Shown: one piece after another, positions 48,701-60,990 of the stretch
Layout of the letters: each line of letters starts with the position of its first letter
Numbering within the stretch: the stretch's first letter is position 1
From: Malacoraja senta
Lineage: Eukaryota
DNA: 64,000 bases
Direction of reading: 5' to 3'
Assembly (NCBI GenBank): GCA_038087875.1
Contig: JAXLNO010002302.1
Location: 1-64,000, forward strand
Notes under the pieces: model-generated
Told to the model about the DNA's origin: nothing
Database searches by the model: none
The model's input: the letters and a program-made list of their open reading frames with translations, nothing else
Program-made: the position numbers and the translations under genes

Positions 48701-51142
48701 CTTATGATCTGTTCTTCAGAATTATTTACTAGCACCTTGAATTATTTTGAGCCACAGAGCAGACTACAGGGCTACGAACTGCTAAAGATAAAGTGCTTGC
48801 AGACTTGTTCTTTCCTGCACTAATGAATGTTGTGATGCTGTGCACAGCCAAATTGCACACAGCTAACTCCCTGTAGAAAATGACCCGACAGCTGGCCTTG
48901 TTGATTATGGGTGTAGGGGTAACTCTTGCCCCCAGAACAGAGAGTTTGCTCCACTATTCTGGTGCAAAAGTATCTCCAGGTGAACTTTCTCAGTCACTTG
49001 ACAGCAGATCAGCTAAATGCTTTACCCCTGGCATACATCTTGACTTCCTCCCTCCCTGACTGTTGGTCTGAAGAAGGGTCTCGACCCGAAAAGTCACCCA
49101 TTCCTTCTCTCCAGAGATGCCGCCTGACCCGCTGCGTTACTCCAGCATTTAGTCTATCAAAGACACACGGCACTCCCTCCACACACTGCAATGGGAAATG
49201 TTAAACCTAAACCTTAGCACATTCAAAGAAAAAACCTGTGAAAGCCAGCCATTGGGAACAGGCGGGCATCTCAAATGAGGAAGCACCAGAGAGACTGTCC
49301 AATTTAGCATTTGGAGAAATTGTGGTAATCTCTCCCTTCTGAGAAAAACCAGCTGCCTTACAACAGACTCTGCTGCTCGAGCTGTTCTTCACACCGTGCT
49401 TTCCCTAGCCTCTGAGATCTCCTTCAAGGCATTTGTCTTGTGGCTTGTGAGCGGACCTGGACTGATCTGATGATGTGTCTCCACCCCAGCTCCTGAATCA
49501 GAGTCATAGAGTGGTACAGTGTAGAAACAGGCCCTTCAGCCCAACTTGCCCACACCGGCCAACATGTCTCAGCAACACTAGTCCCACCTGTCCATGTTTG
49601 GTCCATGTCCCTTCAAACCTGTCCTACCCATGTACCTGTCTAACTGTTTCTTAAATGATGGGATAGTCCCTGCCTCAACTACCTCATCTGGCAGCTTGTT
49701 CCATACACCCACCACCCTTTGTGTGAAAAAGACACCTCAGGATTATTCCAGGTGGACGTGGATTTTGAAACATCAGTGGCAGATCCAGCTTCCTACACAG
49801 GCCGGGAAGTTTAGTTCAATTGGGCACAAAGTGCTGGCGTAACTCAGTAGGTCAGGCAGTATCTCATGGTCTTGACTTGGAACGTCACCTATCCATGTTC
49901 TCCACAGATGCTGCCTGACCTACTGAGTCACCACAGGCAACTGGCAATTCAGCTTTAGTAAAACACAAAGTGCTGGAGTAACACTGCAGGTCAAGCTGCA
50001 TCACTTGGTGACTTTAGAGATACAGCACGGAAACTGGCCCTTTGGCCCATCAAGTCCACGCCGACCATCTATCACACGGCATACGAACACTATCCTACTC
50101 ACTAGGAGCTATTTACAATTTTTACTAAAGTCAATTAACCTACAAACCTGCACGTCTTTGGAGTGTGGGAGGAAACTGGAGCAGCTGGAGAAAACCCACG
50201 CTGTCACGGGGAGAATGTACAAACTCCGTAAAGACAGCACCCGAGGTCAGGATGAAACATGGGTCTCTGGCGCTGTAAAGCAGCAATTCTACCCCTGTGC
50301 CACTGTGTCACCATGTCTCTACCCGTAACATTACCTATCCATGTTCCCGAGCGATGTTGCCTGACCCGCTGAGCCATCACAAGCAGCTAGCTATTCAGCT
50401 TTAGTAAAGCACAAAGTGCTGGAGTAAATCAGCAGGACAGACAGCATCTCTGGAGATCATGGATAGGTGACGTTTAGGTTGAGACCTGAATGAGGGGTAG
50501 GCCATTGAGGACTCAGATGAGGAAAAACCTTTTCACCCAGAGAGTTCCACTTTCTCCAGAGATAGTTCCTGTCCCGTTGAGTTCCTTGTTTCTACTAGTT
50601 CAATGGGGAAGTAAGTGGGTAGTAGTGAGATTGAACACAGGGTGGGTCAGAGTGAGAGACAGGTTGGCTTCCTGTCACATGACCACCACTCAGGTCAAGC
50701 CACGCCCACAGGGAAGGAGGATCTGGGCGCCAGGTAGATTCAGAAGCACTTCTGCTTTCACTGGAACTTGGGGAACAATCCCGGTGAAATAGGAATTAAC
50801 ACCAGCGGGGAAAGCATTAAAGTGCAACAGGATCTATGCAAAAGAAGAGAGACACAAAATGCTGGAGCAACTCAGCGGGACGGGCAGCATTTCTGGAGAG
50901 AAGGAATGGGTGAGGGAACATCACCCGTCGGTTTCTCCAGAGATGCTGCCTGTCCCGCTGAGTTACTCCAGCTCTTTGCGTCTATCTTTGGTGCAAACCA
51001 GCACCTGCAGTTCCTTGCTACACATGAACTATGCGAATCCATGAACCTGTCTGAACAGCACAAATGACATGTTTTTTTATTGTTAAACCTCAGCTTGTGT
51101 TGCTGCACTGTGAGTGATCTTTCATCATTAATGTGCCCACAG

Positions 51143-51466
51143 GGTCAAGGGGAATAACTGGACCCAAGGAGATGAGGGGAGAGTTGGGGCAGTCGGTCAC
51201 TGTGGAATGTCAGTATGATCGGGAATACAGTGACAACAGGAAGCTATGGAGTAAAGGTGATTATTTCCTGAGATCTTCTATTGTGGTTTCTACTGATCAC
51301 CCACGACAAGCGAGAACATCGATAACTGATAACAAAACACAACTGATCGTTTCAGTAACCATCATCAACCTGGTGAAGAGTGATGAAGGATACTACTGGT
51401 GTGTGATAGTAAAGGGAATATTTTCAAACAATGAAAGGACCTCCATCTCATTGAAGGTTTCTGAAG
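51143..51466 (+). CDS. Exon 2, intact V-type Ig domain (CD300/CMRF35/pIgR-like)
   Basis: CCCACAG|...GAAG|GTACG, 324 nt, reading GELGQSVTVECQY...KLW...SVTIINLVKSDEGYYWC...ISLKVSE. Confidence 0.9.
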
Positions 51467-52795
51467 GTACGTTGACGATCTCTCCTCACTCTCTCAGATG
51501 TGAAAATTCCAGCCTGGGAATTCCCGGCCTTGGTCCTGATAGGGACTCGGTGCCGCTTCCCCGGTTATCCGTGGGGGGGGGGTGAGGAGGCTTGGGGCAG
51601 GTGAGAGGGGAGTAGGGGGGATGCGCAGCAAGGGGCCACACCAAGAGCCCACTGTCCCCGGAGCAGTGTGTGTGTGTGTGTGTGGGAGGGGGGGAGCTCA
51701 TCAACGGGGACCGGCGGTTCTGCTGCTGACGGCTCATTTCCCCAAAGTCGATCTCTCCGGGACAAGAACCTCTGGTGCCCCCTCACTGGGGCAGGGGTGG
51801 GACCGCCCCCTCACCCTCTCCCCCTGCCCATCACTGTCACACCCACCACACACACAACATCTGAAGAAGGGTCCCAACCCAATACATCGTCTATTCATTC
51901 CTTCCACAGATGCTGCCTAACCTGCTGAGTTACTCCAGCACTTTGTGTTTTGCTCAAGATTCCAGCACCTGCAGTTCATTGTGTCTCACAAACTTTGGTG
52001 ATTCATGAGCTCAGTTAATGTTGTCGTTTGTACCGACGTACAGGGAAAAGCTTTTACCATGTTTCCAATGAGGGCCAAATCATTGGCTATTTTTAAGGTG
52101 GAGATTGACAGGTTCTCCATTAGTACGGGTGTCAAGATGTATGGGGAGAAGGCAGAATGGGGTTGAGAGGGAGAGATAGTTCAGCCATGATTGAATGGCA
52201 GAGTAGACTCAATGGGCCAAATGGCGTAAGTCTGTCCCTATCACATGAACATGAACGAAGAATCCTTGTGAGATGAGCGATATAGACTTTAGACTAAGTT
52301 ACACAAACTGTACAAGATGAAATACTCAACGGGTCGTGCACTATCTGTGGAGAGTGAACGAGAGTTAATGTTTCAGGTAGATACCTCCAACCAGATTGCA
52401 TTATTTCCAATTCAGTCCGTAATGCAAATAGTCCATGGATCCTCCCGCTCCCAAGTTGTTCTCCAACATAGAAGAAATGTGCCTAACTCTAGCAGCAGGC
52501 AGATAACACAGCCTGTGGGACTCTGAAGGGCATGAAAGGAGTCCCTGAATGGTTGCGACCATCCTGTGGCATCTTAATGCGTGAGCCTCCTGTCTAGACC
52601 AAGGGCTTGGTCCATCTATGGTGGCCTCAGAAGGAACCTTGCTCAAATCTCTGGATTGGGATTTGAACCCAGGAATCTCCCACACAGAGCAAGAGCGCTC
52701 CCAACTGAAGCATCTCCCACACCTCACTAAAGTGGCACAGAATGTGCTTTCAGACATTTAATGTTCAAAAACTTCATTCACTTTATCTCGACAAG

Positions 52796-52937
52796 TTTCT
52801 CAAACACGCCGCCCGGATATGGTCATCACCACCTTTGCAACAATAAGCACAAGGGCGCTGACCACCCTGCCTCAAGATGCACCAACCACCGAGGCAGCAA
52901 GTTTCACTGAGGCTTCTGGTTCAATACTTCCAAACAG
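52796..52937 (+). CDS. Exon 3, Thr/Ser-rich stalk
   Basis: VSQTRRPDMVITTFATISTRALTTLPQDAPTTEAASFTEASGSILPN-AG|GTTAGT. The paralogous acceptor at 52815-52816 is GG; an in-frame AG lies at 52794-52795. Confidence 0.6.
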
Positions 52938-52994
52938 GTTAGTAACTCAAAGAGCCAACTCAGCCTCACCTGAGAACAAATTAATTAAGTTCAA

Positions 52995-53270
52995 TTCAGC
53001 TCAGTTAAAAGATACAGCGCGGAAATGGACCCTTTGGCCTACCGAGTCCGCTCTGAGCAGCGATCTCCCCATACACCAGTTCTGTTCTACATACTGGGGG
53101 CAATTTACTACAAACCCGCGCATCTTTGGAATATGGGAGGACACTGGAGAACCCAGAGTAAACTCTTGCAATCACAGGGAGAATGTACAAACTCTGCACT
53201 GACAGCACCGGTAGTCAGGATCGAACCCGCGTCTCCTGCGCTGTGAGGCAGCAACTCTACCGCTGTGCCG
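52995..53270 (-). mobile_element. HE1/V-SINE-like SINE
   Basis: Reverse-complement tRNA-like head at about 53270. Confidence 0.75.
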
Positions 53271-53549
53271 ACATCTCAATGGGCGAGCCTCATGTCTAGA
53301 TCAAGGGGCTTGGCCCATCTATGGTCGCCTAGGAAGGATCCTTGTTCAAATCTCTGGATTGGGATTCGAACCAGGATTCTCCCCACACAGAGCAAGAGCT
53401 CTCCCAACTGCAGCATATCCCACACATCACTAAAGTGGCACAGAACGTGCTTTTAAACATTTAATGTTCAAAGACTTCATTCGCTTTATCTTCACAAGGG
53501 TCTCAAACATGTCACCCAGATATCCTCACCACTTTGGTGCGGGTGGGGG

Positions 53550-54015
53550 CATGGTGGTGCAGCGGTAGAGTTGCTGCCTTACAACGCTTGTAGCAGGGTG
53601 GGAGATTGCAACCTTCACGTGGTCCGCCCTGTTTCGACAAATGCATTCAACCCAGTGTGCAGAATTAAATCAGATCAAATAGAACAATTTGTCCAACAAC
53701 TTTAGGCTGTGCATGCCATACGCAAGAAGAGGAAGAATGCTTGTAGCGCCGGAGACCCAGGTTCGATCCCGACTACGGGTGCTGCCTGTACGGAGTTTGT
53801 ACGTTATCCCCGTGATCGTGTGGGTTTTCTCAGAGATCTTTGGTTTCCTCCAACGCTCCAAAGACGTACAGGTTTGTAAGTAGATTGGCTTGGCGTATGT
53901 GTCAATTGCCCCTAGTGTGTGTAGGCTCGTGTTAGTGTGCGTGGATTGCTGGTCGGTGCGGACTTCATGGGCCGTAGGGCCAGTTTCCGCGTTATATCTC
54001 AAAACTAAACTAAAC
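53550..54015 (+). mobile_element. HE1/V-SINE-like SINE interrupted by a 144-bp retroposon (53595-53738)
   Basis: 9-bp TSD GCTTGTAGC (53586-53594 and 53739-53747); the insert ends in a GAAGA-like tail. Confidence 0.75.
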
Positions 54016-54024
54016 TGAATTAAA

Positions 54025-54114
54025 ATATGGTCACCACCACCTCAGGAACCACCACACCCACTCTGCCTCCGGAAGCATCGACCACCAGGGTCTCCTGGTT
54101 CATCGCCTCGACAC
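54025..54114 (+). pseudogene. Second, disabled stalk-exon paralog
   Basis: MVTTTSGTTTPTLPPEASTTR...CAG|GTCAGT; the acceptor is displaced by a SINE and there is a 17-nt deletion relative to 26394-26468. Confidence 0.55.
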
Positions 54115-55130
54115 AGGTCAGTGACTCAAAGGACCAACTCAGCCTTGCACAGCTTCACCACAGTGTCAACGGCTGAAGTGAGCAGCCCATGATTAACAAG
54201 AAGGATAAATACAATCAGCGAGTTTACTGGCGATCGCCGTGGGTTATTATTACTTGCTATATAACATCAGATATACCCTCCCTCACACATTGTTCAAAAA
54301 TCATCTTTGTTCCAATCTCCACAGCCTGATCTTCCTCTCCTGCACTGTCCTGGAAGAGTACAGACCAGGTGGACTTTGCTACATCGGGAGAGGGCAGCAT
54401 TCCTGCTGCCTGACCCGCTGAGTTACTCCAGCATTTTGTGACCATCTACAACCTTTCTCAGTTGTGAAAGTTTGAGTAGAGGGGAAACGTATCCTGTTGT
54501 CGGTAAAATCAGTCCCCATACTTCGAGAAAGCGTGGCTGATCACATTCCAGTCCATTGATAAATACTCCTTGGCCCTGACTAAAGTCCCTCTGTCCTTAG
54601 TACACACAGTGGCCCTACCATTGCGAATGTCTACCCTTATTTGATACCAAAAACAAATAACTTCACACTTATCACGGTTCAATACCTGCTGGCATTGCTC
54701 TGCCCCACATACCAGTTGCTTCTTTTCCCTCTGTGGTCTATGATTATCGTACTATCCAAAATGATACGATTTTGGTGTAATCTGTAAACTCGTTAATCAT
54801 ACTTCCAACATTAACATCTAAGGCCGGCAAATGGGACTAGTGTAGATAAGGGCATCTTGGTCGGCGTGGGGAAATTGGGTCCAAGGACATGTTTTCGTGC
54901 TCTATGTCTGACCACCAACATGAACATCTAAGTTGTTAATGTATGTAGTCATGGAACACCTCCAAGGAATGGGTGCATGTTGCGATATAAACATCTCACC
55001 AATGTCTACGCCACAACCTTGGATCACACTGAATGATCCCGTGTGCAATATGATGGGGGGGGGGGGGAAATCCCACCGTTGATCTGTGATAACTCTGTGT
55101 GGAAGTAATAATATTTCCTTGGATTTCCAG

Positions 55131-55238
55131 GGACGTCGTGTTGAATGTTCGCCGTGTTTTGGGTGTGTTACGCTGGGTACTCTTTGGAGTTCTGCTTCTC
55201 TTCCCGGTTTCCATCAGCTGTGTGACAACTTTTAAAAG
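55131..55238 (+). CDS. Exon 4, transmembrane segment with an Arg
   Basis: TTTCCAG|G...AAAAG|GTAAAA, 108 nt, phase 2-2, reading RDVVLNVRRVLGVLRWVLFGVLLLFPVSISCVTTFK. Confidence 0.85.
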
Positions 55239-56205
55239 GTAAAAGTTTGCAATCTCTTCACTCTGGTGTTCACATTAAATTCAATTGGAAATGATGGGAA
55301 TTTACTTTAGAATTATGGAGATAAAGTGTGGACATACAGTGCCCTCCATAATGTTTGGGACAAAGACCCTTCATTTATTTATTTGCCTCTGTATTCCACA
55401 ATTTGAGATTTGTAATAGAAAAAAATCAGATGTGGTGAAAGTGCACATGGACAGATTTTATTAAAGGGTATTTTTATACATTTTGGTTTCAGCATGTAGA
55501 AATTACAGCTGTGTTTATACACAGTCCCCCCCATTTCAGGGCACCATAATGTTTTGAACTCATTGCTTCACAGGTGTATGTAATTGCTCAGGTGTGCTTA
55601 ATTGCCTCCTTAATGCAGGGATAAGAAAGCTCTCAGCACCTAGTCTTTCCTCCGGTCTTTCCATCACCTTTGGAAACTTTCATTGCTGTTTATCAACATG
55701 AGGACCAAAGTTGTGCCAATGAAAGTCAAAGAAGCCATTATGAGACTGAGAAACAAGAATAAAACTGTTAGAAACATCAGCCAAACATTAGGCTTACGAA
55801 AATCAACTGTTTGGAACATCATTAAGCAGTACGAGAGCACTGGTGAGCTTACTAATCGCAAAGGGACTGGCAGGCCAAGGTAGACCTCCACAGCTGATGA
55901 CAGAAGAATTGTCTCTATAATAAAGAAGAAAAAAAAAACACCTGTCCGACAGATCAGAAACACTCTTCAGGAGTCAGGTGTGGATTTGTCAATGACCACT
56001 GTACACAGAAGACTTCATGAACAGAAATACAGAGGCTACACTGCAAGATGCAAACCACTGGTTAGCCACAACAAATAGGATGGCCAGGTTACAGTTTGCC
56101 ACAAAGTACTTAACAGAGCAACCACAGTTCTGGAAAAGGATCTTGTGGACAGATGAGACAAAGATTAACATATCAGATTAATGGCAATTGCAAAGTATGG
56201 AGAAG

Positions 56206-56876
56206 TCACAAGTCAAGTCAAGTCACATTTATTTATATAGCACATTTAAAAAACAACTCTCGTTGGCCATAGTGCTTTACATTTGTTATACGAATAGTAT
56301 AAACAAACAAACTACATACATATATATATATATATATAGCCCTCGCTCAGAGGATGTCAAGAAAGGCTTCGGAGTACAGATACGTTTTTAGTCTTGACTT
56401 AAAGGAGTCGATGGAGGGGACAGTTCTGATGGGAAGAGGGATGCTGTTCCACAGTCTAGGAGCTGCAACCGCAAAGGCGCGGTTGCCCCTGAGCTTATGC
56501 ATAGACCGCGGGATATTCAGCCACCCCAAGTCGGCCGATCTGAGGGACCTGGAGGTGGAGTGGTGGGTGAGAAGACTTTTAATGTAGGCGGGGGCAAGCC
56601 CATTGAGGGCTTTGTAGGCATAGAGGAGGATCTTGAAATTTATACGGAACCGCACAGGGAGCCAGTGGAGAGAGGCCTGGATCGGGGTGATGTGGTTCCC
56701 TTTTCGGGTGCCCGTCAGGATTCTCGCTGCGCCGTTTTGGACCAGTTGCAGGCAGGACAGGGAAGATTGGCTGATGCCAGTGTAAAGGGAGTTGCAGTAA
56801 TCTTGGCGGGAGGAGATAAATGTGTGGATGATCTTTTCGAGGTCATCAAACTGGAGGAATTGTTTTATTTTAGCTT
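56206..56876 (-). mobile_element. 5'-truncated L2 LINE
   Basis: FRINFKILLYAYKALNGLAPAYI...RAFAVAAPRLWNSIP...FKSRLKTYLY; (TTGAC)n tail; probable TSD AGAAG. Confidence 0.85.
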
Positions 56877-58298
56877 AGAAGAGAAGGAACTGCCCAAGAT
56901 CCAAAGCTTTCCACCTCATCTGTGAAACACGGTGGTGGGGGTGTTATGGCCTGGGCATGTATGGCTGCTGAAGGTACTGACTCACTTATCTTCATTGATG
57001 ATACAACAGCTGATGGTAGTAGCAAAATGAATTCTGAAATGTATAGACACATCCTATCTGCTCAAGTTCAAACAAATGCCTCAAAACCCATAGGCCGGCA
57101 GTTCATTCTACAGCAAGACAATGATTCCAAACATATTGAAAAAGCAACAAAGGAATTTTTCAAAGCTAAAAAATGGTCAATTCTCACCAACTTTACTATG
57201 GGAATCATTCAAAGCATTTATTAGAGGATCTATAATCTCATACCAAGCTTTTCTAAATAAAAAGAATAAGAAAGAACAAAGGCAGTTAGAAGAACGAATT
57301 AGAGAATTGGAATTAGATAATGCTAAAGAGCCAACTATAGATAAACATAATAAAATAACAATAATGAAATTTAAATTAAACAAAATATTATCAGCAAATT
57401 TCATTAGATTATTCCAAATTACAAAAGAGGAAAATTTTGAATTTGGTGATAAACCACACAAACCTTTGGCTCGACAACTGAAAAAACGGGAAAAGGATCA
57501 CACGATTTAAAAGATTAAATCAGACAAAGGGGAATTGTTAACACTACCTAAGGATATTAATAAAAGATTTGTTCAATTTTATCAAAACTTATACACATCT
57601 AAAGCGTTAGCAGATAATACCAAAGTTATAGAGTTCCTGGATAATTGTAATCTGCCAAAACTCAATTTGATCGAACAAGAGGAATTAGGTGCACAAATCT
57701 CAACTAAGGAAATAGAAGAAACAATAAATACATTAAAGAATGGAAAAACACCAGGACCAGATGGTTTTAGTAATGAATTTTATAAAAGATTCTACGAGAT
57801 AATTACACCATGGCTACATAAAATGTATACATATGCTTTTAATGAACATACACTTCCAGAAACATTAGCGGAATCAACGATTACACTTATACCTAAAAAA
57901 GGTAAAGATTTAGAAGACCCGGGTTCTTATAGAGCTATTGCGCTGTTAAATACAGATCAAAAAATATTTGTGAAAACATTAGGTATAAGATTAAGTAATT
58001 ATGTTAGTAAATTAATAAATCCGGATCAAACAGGATTTATACCCAAGCGATACTCATGCAATAATCTGAGACGTCTGTTTAATATAATGCACTCACATAA
58101 AACCGAAGAACAAGACTTATCAATTATTTCACTGGACGCAGAAAAAGCATTCGATCAAGTGGAATGGGATTACCTTGTCAAAGTATTGCAAAAATTTCAA
58201 ATGGGAGAGAATTTTATCGCTTGGGTAAAATTATTATATGATAGGCCTACTGCCAGAATATTAACTAATAATATTTTGTCCCCGAAATTTCAATTTTC

Positions 58299-58705
58299 TT
58301 TTTTTTTTTTTTTAATTTTTATTTATTAGAAGTACATTACATCACAGCCACATACATTAATACTCGTCATTTATATCTTCTTACAATTAATGTACTCCCT
58401 TTATTTATTTTTTTACACTAAAGAAAGAAAAGATTGAAAGAGAGAAGAAAGTGAAGGAAAAAGTGCAAGTGTAGAAAAGTGTAGAAAATGTAACAACAAA
58501 AAAGGACGAAGACCCTATGAGAGCGAAATTAAAAACAAAAAGAAAAAGAGTTAAGAAATAGGCCCTAAGAAAAGAAAAGAGAAAGAGAAAAAAAGAAAAA
58601 CAAATGTTTTTTTTTGAGCATCACGTAAATAGGACATACCAACTCTTCAACTATCATCCCCCCTTACCCGACCTCAATTTTTTATTTTTTTAAAGTACTT
58701 TTGCA
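58299..58705 (-). mobile_element. Antisense L1 3'-UTR fragment inside the L1
   Basis: Perfect 18-bp TSD CCCGAAATTTCAATTTTC (58281-58298 and 58706-58723); matches the reverse complement of 42500-42850. Confidence 0.88.
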
Positions 58706-60744
58706 CCCGAAATTTCAATTTTCAAGGGGAAATAGACAGGGATGTTCATTATCACCTCTGCTATTTGCTCTTGTAATAGAACCGTTAGCGGAAAGTAGTA
58801 GAATACATCCGAACATCCATGGTTATAATACAAAATACTCAAATAATAAAATATCATTATATGCAGATGATGTACTACTATATATCACAAAATCACAAAT
58901 CAGTATACCAAATATATTAAATTTAATAGAGGAATTTGGATCCTTTTTAGGATATAGAATAAATTGGAATAAAAGTGAAATTATGACGATTAAACCGCAA
59001 GAACCAACACACTTGTTAAAATTCCCTTTTAAAATCGCTTCAGAAAAATTTAAATATTTGGGAATTAAAATTACTTGAAAATATAAATCTTTATTTAATG
59101 CAAACTATATGCCCTTACTCAATAAACTAAACATACTGATTAAATTCTGGAAAACTCTCCCGATGTCTCTTATAGGCCGAATAAATGCTATAAAAATGAT
59201 CTTTTTAGCACAAATTTTATATCTATTCCAGTCAATACCGATATACTTACCAACATTTTTTTTTAAATTGGATGCTGATATTACAAACTTTATATGGGAC
59301 TATAAATCCCACAGAATCCAAAGAAAACATTTGTGCAAACCTAAAGAATCTGGCAGATTGTCACTCCCTAATTTTTTATATTATTACTGGGCCACAAATG
59401 TCAAAAATATGATTCACCTGTTGGACAATTCGGCCCAGCAGGTGGATTGTATAGTAATGGAGAGAGGGTTGTTCCCCTTTTAACATAGGAGCGATCCTTC
59501 ACTCACCAACAAAAATGAAGAATACAATATAAAGTAAAAACCCAATTATTCATAGTACAATTAGAATTTGGAAACAAATAAAATTAACTTTAAAATTAAG
59601 AAATCTATCGCTTCTCCCACCTATAATGAATAACCCTTCTTTTAAACCTTCTGATAGATACATCTTTTACAAATTGGGATAGATTAGGAATTAAAACGTT
59701 TGGAGATATGTATGATAATGGAAGTTTTTTTAACATTTCACCAACTACAACTTAAATACAACTTGAGTAGTAATCAATATTTTAAATATTTTCAAATACG
59801 TGACTATTTGAAAAAATATACACGAGAATATCAAAATATGTCTCCAGACCTATTCGATGAGATAATGAATATAAAAGCGGAATCAGCTAATTTAATATCA
59901 TACCTGTATAATACCATTCTAAACAGAAATTCCATCATCTGATAGGATTAGAAGAGACTAGGAACAAGAACTAGCTATAAAAATCTCGAAAGAGAGTTGG
60001 GATAAACACCTGTTATATGTGCATAAATGCTCGATTAACGTAAGACATACTCTAATTCAATTTAACATTTTACATAGATTATACTATTCAAAAGCTAAAT
60101 TAAGTAAATTTTACCCAAATACCTCTTCTATCTGTGATAAATGTCTAACCCAAGAAGCAACTAGAGCACCTTCTTTTGTTTTTTGTATAAAAATCCAAAA
60201 TTTTGGAATGAAATTTTTGAAATTTTCTCGAAATTATTTAAAATAAAACTGAAACCGAATGCAGAACTGATTATTTTTGGAACAATAGAAGCAAGTTTGG
60301 AGCTGACTTCGTTTCAAAGGAGCCTTCTTAATTATGGCTTAATAACGGCAAAAAAAGTATACTGAAATTTTGGAAAAATGCTCCCACGCCAACAACAAAA
60401 ATTTGGATTTCTAATATGTTGGAATTGTTACACCTAGAAGATATGAGATTCCTCTTAGCAGCTAAACCAGACCAATTCCAAAAGATTTGGTCTCCATTTA
60501 TCGACTTATTACAAACATAGGGTGCAACAAAATGTTGATAATAAATGGTTTCAGGGCCTGGCGAGGGGAGAGTAAAGATATGAAGTAGGTACATCCCTTT
60601 CATATTGTCCTATCTTATCTTATTTTTTCTTTTTTCTTTTTCCTGCTTTTGGTTTTCCCCTTTTTAAAAACTATTTCTTGTGGTTTACGTCCATATGGGT
60701 GTTCCTGGACCACTCTTTCAATCACTCACTTACTATCTTTACTA

Positions 60745-60990
60745 GGTACACAAAAATGCTGGAGAAACTCAGCGGGTGCAGCAGCATCTATGGAGCGAAG
60801 GAAATAGGTAACGTTTCGGGCCGAAACCCTTCTTCAGACTGATAGGGGGTGGGGAGAAGAAAGGAAAAAAGGAAAAGCAGGAGGAGGAGCCCGAGGGCTG
60901 GGGGAGGGGCGGAGACAACCAGATGGCTGATGAAGGGGAGGGGACAGCCAGGGCTAGCAGAATTGGGAGAATTCAACGTTCAGGCCACCA
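60745..60990 (-). mobile_element. 5'-truncated Penelope copy (pseudo-LTR with hammerhead-like core)
   Basis: Reverse complement of about 3190-3432; 13-bp TSD ACTATC(T/A)TTACTA (60732-60744 and 60991-61003). Confidence 0.85.

Noticed and set aside
50678-50792. MTTTQVKPRPQG ORF as the receptor's first exon
   Set aside because: It has no hydrophobic signal core; the exon at 47976-48072 fits better in sequence, donor site and phase.
54325-54368. Possible extra small exon (SLIFLSCTVLEEYRP) between the stalk and TM exons
   Set aside because: It is 44 nt here and 46 nt in the inverted copy; neither keeps the frame between phase-2 neighbours.
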